Positions 29,687 to 39,700 of a stretch of 64,000 nt of DNA are shown piece by piece; the stretch's first letter is position 1; the number at the start of each line of letters is the position of its first letter. The position numbers and the translations under genes are program-made. The notes under the pieces are model-generated. The model had not been told where the DNA came from and searched no databases. It worked only from the letters and a program-made list of their open reading frames with translations. This stretch comes from an uncultured archaeon (GTDB taxonomy: Archaea; Thermoplasmatota; Penumbrarchaeia; JASLWR01), in the NCBI GenBank assembly GCA_964342815.1, contig CAYFHS010000001.1, positions 179,849 through 243,848 on the forward strand, read 5' to 3'.

Positions 29687-31348
29687 ATGTCCGAGTTGAA
29701 GTTAATAAGGGGCTACCCCCAGTATATTCGCGAGCTTATAGATGTTGTGAACAGGACCAGGGAGGAACGAGAGAATTTCACACCTCAGGCCATGAGCAAG
29801 GAAGAGAGATTGGATGTTCTGAACAACTATCATCCTGATTTTACACCTGGCGGAAAAAGAAACATAAAATTGGGCCAGAACGCTGGCGATCTCGGTCCTA
29901 ATCCGGTGGTGGATCTTCTTGAAGCTTATCCGCTAATCGAAGAAAGAGAGATCGGTCTTTCGAAGGTGGATCACCGCGTTGACCTCCTGATAATCGGAGG
30001 GGGTCTGGCCGGCACGGCTGCTGCCATATCGGCCAATGAAAATGGAATTCCGGCTGACCGGATTTTACTTGTAAATAAACTGAGGCACGGCGATGCTAAC
30101 TCTATAATGGCGGAGGGTGGAACCCAGGCGGCAGATCTTCCGGAGGATTCCCCGGCCATACATTATCTGGACACCATGGGCGGCGGCCACTATACCAATA
30201 AACCTGACGTTCTCAGAGCTCTCGTTGAAGATGCACCCATGATAATGCATTGGCTCTGTGATATGGGGGCGTTGATCGATCGTGAGGATAACGGAGATTT
30301 TGTCGAGAGGCCCGGAGGGGGCACCTCGAGAAAACGCATGCACGCCTGCCGGGATTACACCGGTTTGGAAGAATTCAGAGTGCTCCGGGACGAGTTCAGG
30401 AATCGAGCTATCCCTTCACTAGAGTATTATCCCGTGATCGAGCTTATAAAAGATACTGAGGGGAAGGTGGCGGGAGGGGTTATCTGGAACTTCGAGACCG
30501 GCGAATACCGTATAGTAAAGGCAAATGCCACGATACTTGCTACTGGAGGTTTCGGGCGGCTTCATATCAGAGGTTTCCCCACCACCAATCACTATGGTGC
30601 AACTTGCGATGGTGTCGTCATCGCTTACCGGGCCGGAGCCAAATTGAGGGACGTGGATACGGTCCAGTATCACCCCACGGGAGCTGCCTACCCGCAGCAA
30701 ATAATAGGGCTTCTTCTGACCGAGAAACTGAGAAGTATGGGCGCACAGCCCGTGAACAAGGATGGGGAAGCATTCGTCTTTCCTCTGGAGCCACGGGATG
30801 TGGAAGCTTCTTCCTTTATAAGAGAATGCTACGAACACGAAAAGGGGATAAAAACTCCCACAGGTATGATGGGGATATGGCTGGATACTCCCTTGATCGA
30901 ACTGAAACACGGAAAAGGCGCTATCGATGCTTCCTTCCCCGGTATGGTGAGGATGTTCGAACGTTTCGGAATCGACATGAAAAAGGATCCAGTACTAGTT
31001 TTCCCCACCCTACATTATCAGAACGGCGGAGTTGAGACGGACCCCAAGGGCCGTAGCACCGTACCCGGACTTTGGGTGGCGGGGGAGGTTTCAGGAGGTG
31101 TGCATGGGAAGAACAGGCTAATGGGGAATTCAACCCTGGACTGCATGGTCTTCGGTAGAAGGGCGGGTATTGATGCAGCGGAATATGTGAGATCGGGAAA
31201 GAAGGCAGGGGAACTGACCCTGGCGCATATCACAGAATATACAAAAATGCTTGAGGAGGCTGGTATAGAACCAGTGAGAAAAGCCCCGATACTATTACCG
31301 GACTACCGAGGGAAGGCGGTGCTGGCGAGAATGATCGACGTGTTTTGA
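29687..31348 (+). CDS. frdA: Fumarate reductase flavoprotein subunit (TfrA-like, predicted non-covalent FAD)
   Basis: IIGGGLAG, MAEGG, ATGGFG, QYHPTG, TEKLR, EPRD, PTLHYQNGG and HGKNRLMGNS motifs; GGAGGAGG RBS before ATG 29687. Confidence 0.85.
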   Translation: MSELKLIRGYPQYIRELIDVVNRTREERENFTPQAMSKEERLDVLNNYHPDFTPGGKRNIKLGQNAGDLGPNPVVDLLEAYPLIEEREIGLSKVDHRVDLLIIGGGLAGTAAAISANENGIPADRILLVNKLRHGDANSIMAEGGTQAADLPEDSPAIHYLDTMGGGHYTNKPDVLRALVEDAPMIMHWLCDMGALIDREDNGDFVERPGGGTSRKRMHACRDYTGLEEFRVLRDEFRNRAIPSLEYYPVIELIKDTEGKVAGGVIWNFETGEYRIVKANATILATGGFGRLHIRGFPTTNHYGATCDGVVIAYRAGAKLRDVDTVQYHPTGAAYPQQIIGLLLTEKLRSMGAQPVNKDGEAFVFPLEPRDVEASSFIRECYEHEKGIKTPTGMMGIWLDTPLIELKHGKGAIDASFPGMVRMFERFGIDMKKDPVLVFPTLHYQNGGVETDPKGRSTVPGLWVAGEVSGGVHGKNRLMGNSTLDCMVFGRRAGIDAAEYVRSGKKAGELTLAHITEYTKMLEEAGIEPVRKAPILLPDYRGKAVLARMIDVF

Positions 31349-31554
31349 GTGTATCCCGTGTCCTTCTGTTTTATATAAACCCGGACCTGGATATCTATCA
31401 ATGGATTCGGTCGATATTTGCCATTGATACACAATAAATATCACCATAGGATCTCAATTTTCTGATAGATTCCAGATTTGTGAAAGACCTGGAGATTTGA
31501 AAGGACAATCTTGAAAAAAATATTGATACTTATTATTTTGAAAAATGCGTTATA

Positions 31555-33339
31555 TTATTTTTTTAATAACTTAATTGTGATGAAAATAAACGAACCAATC
31601 GAAACAAAAATAACACAAAAGATCAGGTATGGTGAAAAAATTAATTTTTCGTCAGTTACTTCTTCCTCATCCCCCTTTTCAACATTCACAACTTTACTGT
31701 TTGATATTTTAATATCTTTTACTTTTTTCTGTCCATTTTGGTTTACCTTCATGTAGTATACTTCCACCTCCCCCGATCTCCTATCGAGCCATACGATATT
31801 CATTGCATTGTCGATATCCAAACAGAATGCCGGATCGAAAGATTTTCCCTTTTTAAACGTTAACTGTTTTTTGGAAAGTACATTATTTCCTGAGAAATCG
31901 CATTTTAACATGAAAAGTTCACTTTTTGATCCAGTATGGTTATACCATACAATACAGACATTCCCGTGCTGATCCACACAAACTGCCGGTTCATAAACAT
32001 TTTCAGTACATAATGTTATACTGTCCTCAACTTCAATAGTGTCCTCATTATTAATGTAAACCTCTTCCGGGGGTACGGAGACTAATTGTACGTTGATTAT
32101 TTCAAAATCAATAAAATCATAATCCTTCTCCAGCATAATACGATATTTTCCGTTGCCGGTTACGATCTCAGTTACATCATATATAAAAGAAACATTATCG
32201 GGTGATTTGTAAATCCTTAGTAAGTAATCCCCAATCGTTTGAAATTCACCTTCATCCTGATTCAGAAAGACCTCACCGGAAACTCTTCCATAATTATTCT
32301 TTTTCATGGTTATTTCCACAAAATACTCATGTTCCTTTTTAAAATCATCCAAATACAGTGTAAATTGATTCTCCTTTTCAAAAGAAAAATTTAGCAATAA
32401 TGGTTCCAAATCTATAGGTTCCGGGTTGTATGATTCTTCATTTATTGGGGGAATATCATCGATTGGAAGCAAAACCAAATCCCTGTTCTTTGTCCATACT
32501 ATACTTATTTCATCATTTGAATTTATTAACATTTCCAATGAAAATTGTCCCGTTCTTTCGCGGTTGACCCCAATCGATTTTCCTCCAATAATTTTTCCCT
32601 GAAGATCCGTTTCAATGATCTCTATGAACCAATTATTACTCAGTTCATCATTTCTATACCAGCTCATATAGATATTCCCATTAGGATCAATTATTATCGA
32701 CGGATCGAAGGAATCGGGGTAACTAATAGTTTGAACCGGATACAGCGTCGAGCCAACACGATTTAATTTTAAATACTGTATTGTCGCGTGAGAATAATTC
32801 AGTGCTGTCCAAACAATATGAAGATTGTCCTCAGGGTCCAATGCAATATCCGCATCTGTGGATTTATAGGAATTATTGCTTAATGTTTTTGGCTTTACAA
32901 GGATTTTTCCTTCATTATTTTGTTTTGTGTAATATATTGTACTATCTATTTCGAAAACGATATGCACGTCATCCCTTTTATCCACAATGATATCTGGATC
33001 GAGCGTTCCACCACCAGTATTAAAACTGATTGGTTGTCTGATTTTCAAATCGTTCAAACCCCCGGTGGCAATTTTTTTATCATCTATTATCGTTTTTCCA
33101 TTTCCATTTAATTTTGTGTAATAAATATTAATTTGATTATCGTTAATACCCTCTTCAGCCCAAACCACATGAAGATTATTTTTGCTATCTCGGGCAATGT
33201 TTATACTTTCAGAATCCAATTGATAATCATGGTAAGGATCATCAATACAACCGCTGGAAGAAAGAATTACAAGGAATAAGAGAATAATTGAAATAATTAC
33301 TTTGTTGATATTTTTTGTAAAAACTTGTTTCTTTTTCAT
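31555..33339 (-). CDS. Lipoprotein-like beta-propeller protein with C-terminal TM anchor (AT-rich)
   Basis: MKKK...ILLFLVILSSSGC lipobox-like signal (start 33339 preferred over 33498); seven D..(G/D)N(L/V)H(I/V)VW blades; C-terminal TM. Confidence 0.7.
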   Translation of the reverse strand: MKKKQVFTKNINKVIISIILLFLVILSSSGCIDDPYHDYQLDSESINIARDSKNNLHVVWAEEGINDNQINIYYTKLNGNGKTIIDDKKIATGGLNDLKIRQPISFNTGGGTLDPDIIVDKRDDVHIVFEIDSTIYYTKQNNEGKILVKPKTLSNNSYKSTDADIALDPEDNLHIVWTALNYSHATIQYLKLNRVGSTLYPVQTISYPDSFDPSIIIDPNGNIYMSWYRNDELSNNWFIEIIETDLQGKIIGGKSIGVNRERTGQFSLEMLINSNDEISIVWTKNRDLVLLPIDDIPPINEESYNPEPIDLEPLLLNFSFEKENQFTLYLDDFKKEHEYFVEITMKKNNYGRVSGEVFLNQDEGEFQTIGDYLLRIYKSPDNVSFIYDVTEIVTGNGKYRIMLEKDYDFIDFEIINVQLVSVPPEEVYINNEDTIEVEDSITLCTENVYEPAVCVDQHGNVCIVWYNHTGSKSELFMLKCDFSGNNVLSKKQLTFKKGKSFDPAFCLDIDNAMNIVWLDRRSGEVEVYYMKVNQNGQKKVKDIKISNSKVVNVEKGDEEEVTDEKLIFSPYLIFCVIFVSIGSFIFITIKLLKK

Positions 33340-33540
33340 TACCAAATATCTGGTTTTATTATTTTTAATCATGATATCATATACTTTCTTCTTGCCGATA
33401 TATAAAATTTTTGTGTTATTATACAATGGAGACTTGGAATGGAATTTTTTTTCGATAGGTAATAAGTGTGTCTCGTTAGTAAATGGAAAGAGGGACATCG
33501 TTTTTTACGAATGAAAATTGGGTAAATAATCGGTTTTTCT

Positions 33541-34023
33541 TCACGGATTTTTATCTACATTGTTCAATATCATTTCCAGTTTTTGAAAAAAATCATCAAC
33601 CGTCCCCTCCAATAACTCCACCATCCTCTTGTAATGTCCTCTCCCCATCCCGTAGGGGTCCTCCACTTCCTTTCCGTTTGTCCCGTATACCCAATCAAGA
33701 TATGTATGAGTATTCTCATGCGGGTAAATGTGAAGAATACCTTTCATCTCGTAGATTCCCATGGGCAGTATCAGGTCGTTTTCCTTCATCATTCCCGGAG
33801 AGGCCACTCTCGATCTATGTTCGTGGATGGAGGAGATACACATTTCCCCTTCAAGTATATTTCGTACCGTCCCGGCAGCCCGGTTTCCGGGATTTATGAG
33901 GCCTGCAGAAGAAATTTTTATCAATTTTTCCAAAGGATGTCCATTAAGACGATGGAGTATCAGATGCTCGGCAGCAGGCGACCGACAAATGTTACCCAGG
34001 CAGGTAATCAAAATTTTGTACAT
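33541..34023 (-). CDS. Low-molecular-weight protein-tyrosine phosphatase family protein
   Basis: CLGNICRSP P-loop and DPYG general-acid loop. Confidence 0.9.
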   Translation of the reverse strand: MYKILITCLGNICRSPAAEHLILHRLNGHPLEKLIKISSAGLINPGNRAAGTVRNILEGEMCISSIHEHRSRVASPGMMKENDLILPMGIYEMKGILHIYPHENTHTYLDWVYGTNGKEVEDPYGMGRGHYKRMVELLEGTVDDFFQKLEMILNNVDKNP

Positions 34024-34210
34024 AATGCAACCTCTAACGCTGAGGTATTGGTCATCCTGCTATATAAGAAATGTTCATTTTCAATGAAGATTCACATTAA
34101 TACCCTTTGATAATTGTCACCATAAAGGTAATAAAGGGGTAGTCGATAGAGGAGGAACACAAATTTCTCCTTGATAATCCCCTAAACCAGTAGGATTCAA
34201 ACGTTCCTAG

Positions 34211-34840
34211 ATGTTCCATAAGGAAGGTGATGTGTTGGCCTGGTTAGAAACCATAATGCAATGGTTCTCCGAGGAAGATGTCGGTGGCGACCGGATCATC
34301 GATGAAAAATGGCAAATGCTAGAACTGAACGGAGATCCGTCCCGTTTTGCAGTTTCTAATGCTAATCTTCCATTTGAGATAGGTATCTATATCAATGAAG
34401 AGTTTGCTCATTTGAATGTTTTCACGAACCTTGAGACCATGGATTGGGAAGTGAAGGACCAGCGTGATATTTATCACGATCTTCTAGTCCAGAATAATAA
34501 AAACCTTTTCGTCAAATTTTATCTTTCAGGTGAGAAAGATACGGTAGCACTCCGGACCGAGCTTGACCTTGCCTATCTCAATAAGAGAGAGTTCAATGAC
34601 GCTCTTCAAGCTGTAATAGTTGGCACAATGTGGCTTATGAAGAAAATGGGGCTTCTGGATGAGAAATCCTGTGACCCAGATTCAGATGAAGAGATCATGG
34701 ATATTATATTGAATATGTTCAAAAAGGGTGTTTCCAAACACGAGATCATAAACCACCTGATAAATGACTGCGGTATTAATGCGGAAGAGGCCACGGAAAA
34801 GGTTTTCTCTATTGCCAAGAATGGTAATAATTCGGGCTAG
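34211..34840 (+). CDS. YbjN / type III chaperone-like fold protein with a small C-terminal helical domain
   Basis: Alpha-beta pattern with YHDLLVQNNKNLFVKFYLSGEKDTVALRTELD typical of YbjN-like proteins. Confidence 0.55.
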   Translation: MFHKEGDVLAWLETIMQWFSEEDVGGDRIIDEKWQMLELNGDPSRFAVSNANLPFEIGIYINEEFAHLNVFTNLETMDWEVKDQRDIYHDLLVQNNKNLFVKFYLSGEKDTVALRTELDLAYLNKREFNDALQAVIVGTMWLMKKMGLLDEKSCDPDSDEEIMDIILNMFKKGVSKHEIINHLINDCGINAEEATEKVFSIAKNGNNSG

Positions 34841-34923
34841 ATTTCTGAATACCGAGGATGAACTTTATATAATATGGCAAAATGGTTCCAAATCCTTAAT
34901 ATAATTCTGAAAACCATAATCGT

Positions 34924-36783
34924 TTGAATAGCATGGGATCATTTCGCAAACTTATCCTGGGAACTATATTTATCGTTTTTATAATTGGCCCAGCGTTCAT
35001 TTTATTGGCGCCCCTAGCCTCCGCTTCGGTAGCAAAGGTCACCCTCGCCATGGATTCACCAACATCCAAGGTAGCGGAGATGGGATACGGTGTGAAGACC
35101 GAAGTGGATTTCACAGGAAAGTTAACCACCACCACGGTAGGAAATGATGGGATCGTGGTCACGCTGGAAGCTGTTGGTACGGTTCCAGAGGACGTGACGG
35201 TGGAATTTCACCCGTCGGTTTTTACCATTACCCAGTCCGGTACTCATACTTCAGTATTCTCCGTCCTCGTAATGGTAGGTTATCAGGTCGAAGGTGGGGA
35301 TCCATTTGTAATTAGCCTCAGGGGCAAATGGCACAGTGTGGGAAGTACCACCCTTTTCACCACGAACACCGAACATGTGGAAATCAATCCAAGCATATAT
35401 TATGGGATCGCTGCTGCACCTCGAACATTAATCAGCTCTGCCCCGGTTGACGACCCCCTCACTTTTCCCGTAACACTCGAGAGTCGATCCAATATCGATT
35501 TCGATTTTTCAGTAGGTCTGGACCACTTGATTTATGATACCTACGGTTCCATGCATTTAATTGATGCCGCTTCCCGTCCGGAAGGCTTGATCTCCATCAC
35601 ACAGCAGAGACAGAACTTGCCCCGACTATCCACTGACACCGTGGAGGTAATGGTGGACGGTACCGAATATCCTGATGAATGGAGTGTTCTGGAAATCGGA
35701 CTCAATATCTCCATAAAGGGAACTGAAATTGTTGAGCAGTTTTCTCTTCATGCCCAGCCTATCGGCGGTCATTTTGTATTGTTCGTTCCTGGAACGAGCT
35801 TCCTGGTAGCACAGGCTGCACCCTCGGGGATCGTGCCGGCCCTTGAAGACATAACTCTCCCTGAAAGCTGGACTCCAGATAGAAATTGGGTGAGTGATTA
35901 CCGACCTGGAATCCTTGGCAGCGGAAGAACTTTTTCTCTTACGTTGGCGGTATTACTGATCGGCGAAGAAAAAGAGGTAGTGCTTGATAGTGAAATACCT
36001 CAAGGATATGGGTTGGTCTACGAACCAAATTCACTAAAACTGGGAAACCTCGATGTTGGATTCTTCAATATCACACTCAACAGAGAAAGTACCCGCGGTG
36101 GGATGCTCGGATCCGGTGAGCTCGTCACCATCATCCCAACAGCACCCGATTCTCATTCAACCAAGGTATTCATTGTGGTACCGCCCCTTGCAAAGAGCGG
36201 GTCCGACGGATTGTCAAACATGGAAATAGGAGCGATTGCTGGCGGGATATTCATTCTAACCGTTCTGGGATTTGGAAAGATGGAGTTCTCGAGATATCAC
36301 CTTTTATGGCTTTTTTTCATTCCTCTTTACACTTATATACACGAGGAGAATGCATTGGACCACTTCACCCGTGGCAGGATCTACCAGTATATCAAGGACA
36401 ATCCTGGTGCATATTACTCGATAATAAAGAGGGAATTGGGTCTCAATAACGGGGTTCTGTCTTACCATCTCCAGACATTGAAACGTGTAGAACTGATCCG
36501 ATCCAGGCGATCGGGGATCCGAAAGATGTTTTTCATAACCGGAACGCCGCTTCCGCGGGAAATTACTGCTAAACTAAACTACATGGAGACCTCCATCAGA
36601 TCATTGGTATGTGAGAATCCGGGCATCACTCACAGTGAGATTGGGGAGAAGTTTCCAGACAAGAGCAGAAGGACTATTTCCCATTACGTGAAAAAGCTAT
36701 CGAGGAAGGATTATATCTACCTTGTTAAGGAAGGGAAATGCTCCAGATGCTACCCGAAGGAAAAACCCATCCCGGCGGGATAA
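34924..36783 (+). CDS. Membrane-tethered transcription regulator: signal peptide, ectodomain, TM, tandem winged-HTH
   Basis: N-terminal hydrophobic signal and TM near aa 430-470; ALDHFTRGRIYQYIKDNPG...LSYHL..L and IRSLVCENPGIT.SEI...TISHYVKKL wHTH pair. Confidence 0.82.
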   Translation: MNSMGSFRKLILGTIFIVFIIGPAFILLAPLASASVAKVTLAMDSPTSKVAEMGYGVKTEVDFTGKLTTTTVGNDGIVVTLEAVGTVPEDVTVEFHPSVFTITQSGTHTSVFSVLVMVGYQVEGGDPFVISLRGKWHSVGSTTLFTTNTEHVEINPSIYYGIAAAPRTLISSAPVDDPLTFPVTLESRSNIDFDFSVGLDHLIYDTYGSMHLIDAASRPEGLISITQQRQNLPRLSTDTVEVMVDGTEYPDEWSVLEIGLNISIKGTEIVEQFSLHAQPIGGHFVLFVPGTSFLVAQAAPSGIVPALEDITLPESWTPDRNWVSDYRPGILGSGRTFSLTLAVLLIGEEKEVVLDSEIPQGYGLVYEPNSLKLGNLDVGFFNITLNRESTRGGMLGSGELVTIIPTAPDSHSTKVFIVVPPLAKSGSDGLSNMEIGAIAGGIFILTVLGFGKMEFSRYHLLWLFFIPLYTYIHEENALDHFTRGRIYQYIKDNPGAYYSIIKRELGLNNGVLSYHLQTLKRVELIRSRRSGIRKMFFITGTPLPREITAKLNYMETSIRSLVCENPGITHSEIGEKFPDKSRRTISHYVKKLSRKDYIYLVKEGKCSRCYPKEKPIPAG

Positions 36784-36795
36784 TGCACTTCAATC

Positions 36796-39700
36796 TCATT
36801 CGAGGATTATGTGTTCATCCTCGTGAGACGTCTCCTCGTTCACGCGGAAACCAAATTTCTCAGCCACACTTTTAATTTCCCGGTTTTCCTCCATAAGCAA
36901 TTCGGCCTGTTTCAGAGCTTCAGCGGTATTGATGGATATAAGAGCTTTCAATGCAGCCCGCCTATCTTCTCTCTCCACGGAGCTTTTCAACATCTTAACC
37001 AACGAAGGGATCACACGTTCGTCCTTCAATTCTCCCAGTACTTTCAAAACAGTTGGTCGTGTTCCCTTTGGAACTGTAAAAAGGATACCGGCCAGGGCGG
37101 GGGCCGTGTAGCTGTTCACGACATTACTCAAACGGCTAAGGGTTGCCGCTGCCTCAATTTTTGATTGATATAAAATATTTTCAAGATTAGGTTTCGTGAT
37201 CAGCTCGAATATGCATTCCTTCAATGGAGAACGGGATATATGCTGTAATAAAAAATATTTTATGTCACTTTCCGGAGGATCTGCGAGATGAATTCTTGAT
37301 CTGGTACTAATGCAGGCACTCGATAATACCTTTCCGGGAATTGTGTTTTCTAGGAATGAATTCAAATCATAATCCACTATGAATCTTTTCACATCCTTAG
37401 GTTCCATTTCCACTAAGGTCGAGACCAGCCCCTTGAAGGTATTGACCGGCCTGTTTCCCGGAAGAATGATCTCGTCTTTCTTCCCTGTAAAGTGCTTGGA
37501 GACCTCTTTTACCAGGATTGAGGTAATTTCTGTTGATATTGATCTCGCTTCCGTGGAATCCGCAGTTTTATCCATTAAATCGGAAAGAAGATCTTTGGCT
37601 TGGGGTCTTACTGGAATGAACACTCGTTTTTCAGAGCCTGACCTTTTCACTCCAGGCATTTCCTGAAGTATTTTTATGTAAACCGACAAGACCCTTGCAG
37701 CTGTAACACGATGTTTGCTTGCTTCGGGAAGCAGTCCCCGGGGGCTTTCCATCAGTGTCTCATGGATTTCTTTCGACGTGGCAAAGCGTATGTAGTGGGA
37801 CACTACTGTGCGCAACCTTAAAAAACCACCCTTCACTGCTACATCGGACAGTTTGAACAGCTTCGATTCTTTCAAGATATCATAGAGTTTCTTCCTGTGC
37901 ATCCCCATCTTTTTGGCTGTGTCATCCAAGAGTAGTTCCTTTTCCACTTTATATCCTATTGACTCCTTGCCAATTTCTGCATAACGTCCGGGCCTTATCA
38001 GCGCGCCTGCGATATGTTTTATAATGTTCTCGTCCAGGAGAACGCTTCCAATTTCCGTGTGTGGATCCGCTTTTTTTGTCCACTCCGTGAAGCTCGAATC
38101 CATCGATCCATAGGCAGGCGTATTATCACGGGCTACGAGATTACCTTTTCTTGGATGAGCGAGGATTTTGATCTCCGGCAAATGATCCGGCAATGATGTT
38201 GGGAGTTCGATCCTGAAAGGAATGTTATTTGTACCTGGCGCCAGGCGAAATCCCTCTATATAGTTGTTCTCCCCAATGGTCTTGGCGGGAGGCCAGTGGA
38301 CATTGTAGTCTTTTCCAGGTAGAATTATGCTGTAATCCATCAATATGTCCTTTTTTGCATCACTTATGGCGGATATTGGTATCTCCAGAAGAGTCCCCTC
38401 TGCTCCCTCCGACCTGTCATAGTCAGATTGAATCTGAACATTGCTTCGAAATTCGGCCACTTTTTTCCTGATTTTCATATTCTTTTTATAATCCGAAAGG
38501 AATTTCAGTGTCTCATCAATTATCCTTGAATGGTTTCTGGTATTGCTTCGAAGACAATCTCTTAACCAAGTGCATGCCTTCACACACTTTGACTCCTGAG
38601 ACGGTATCACGAAACTTATTGTGGAAAAGAATAGATACAGATGAAGATAGCTCATGTTGAAATTGTAGATATGGGCCGCCAATCCCTCAGGCTCCATCTC
38701 CCCTCCGGAGAAAAAATCTTTTATACCTTTTGATACTTTTTTCAGAAAATACACCGACATGAAGCCTAGTGCTATGGGATAAATCTTTTCGTGACCCGGA
38801 TCATACTCTGGGTTGGCGGAATCCATTTTTCTTATTAGATTTTCTTTGAATGACCCCGAATCGAGCAGTGTAATGAGGTAATCCACGTTCTTGTTGAAAA
38901 ATGAAGCATAATCGAGGTCGAGTTGTTTGAGTCTCTCCGCTGCCATTTCCGTGTTCTTCAGTGATCTATTGCTTTTTTTTAATTCGTCACCGAGAGGATG
39001 GAAATGTTCAAACAAGGCCGATGTATCGAGTCTTTCGGATCCGCTTTTTTTCGATATTCTTTTTATAAGATTTTCCAGAACATAGACATCAGACCGTACT
39101 TTTTTTGCATACGTCAGCCTTTTTCTGCCCTTGGGCAGGCATCCGATCTTTTTTTGTAACGCTCTTCTGTGCCCATTAATCATTTTCACCGTATAGCTGC
39201 CGCGAGTTTCCAATGCAGGTCTGTTCTTATCCGGTACCTGTAATAAAGAAAAGTCCTCCCGATATGAATAAATGATGGACTCAACCAGGAAGGTCGTACG
39301 GTCTATATTGTGTCTCAGTTTCTCAAGATAATACCTATCGAACCCCATATTGGCCGCAGTTCTTGCGAGGACGGCTGAATTTATAATTTTCATTTCATCC
39401 GGTTCGGCTATCACCTTTCCTTGGTGAAGGTTCAGGTATGTTCCATTATCCAGCTTGATGGTGGAAAATTTTTTATCATGGACTGTGTCAGCCACCTTTT
39501 CCCCGTGGAACAAATAATTTCTGATTTCCCTTTTCAGGTCCTCCGGAAGCCCAGCTCCTATATCAACGGGCGCCTTTTCCTTTACGACTTTAACGGAAAA
39601 CTGCCGGGTCCCCTTAATCGAGAACATATATGGAAGCCTGAGAACGCTTAGTTGAGTATTATCCGGCTCGACGAATATTTCGAAGGTCACATTCATGTAC

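Noticed and set aside
29687-31348. Flavoprotein as L-aspartate oxidase NadB
   Set aside because: It is paired with an Fe-S subunit next to fumarase, and nadX already provides the aspartate step of NAD synthesis.
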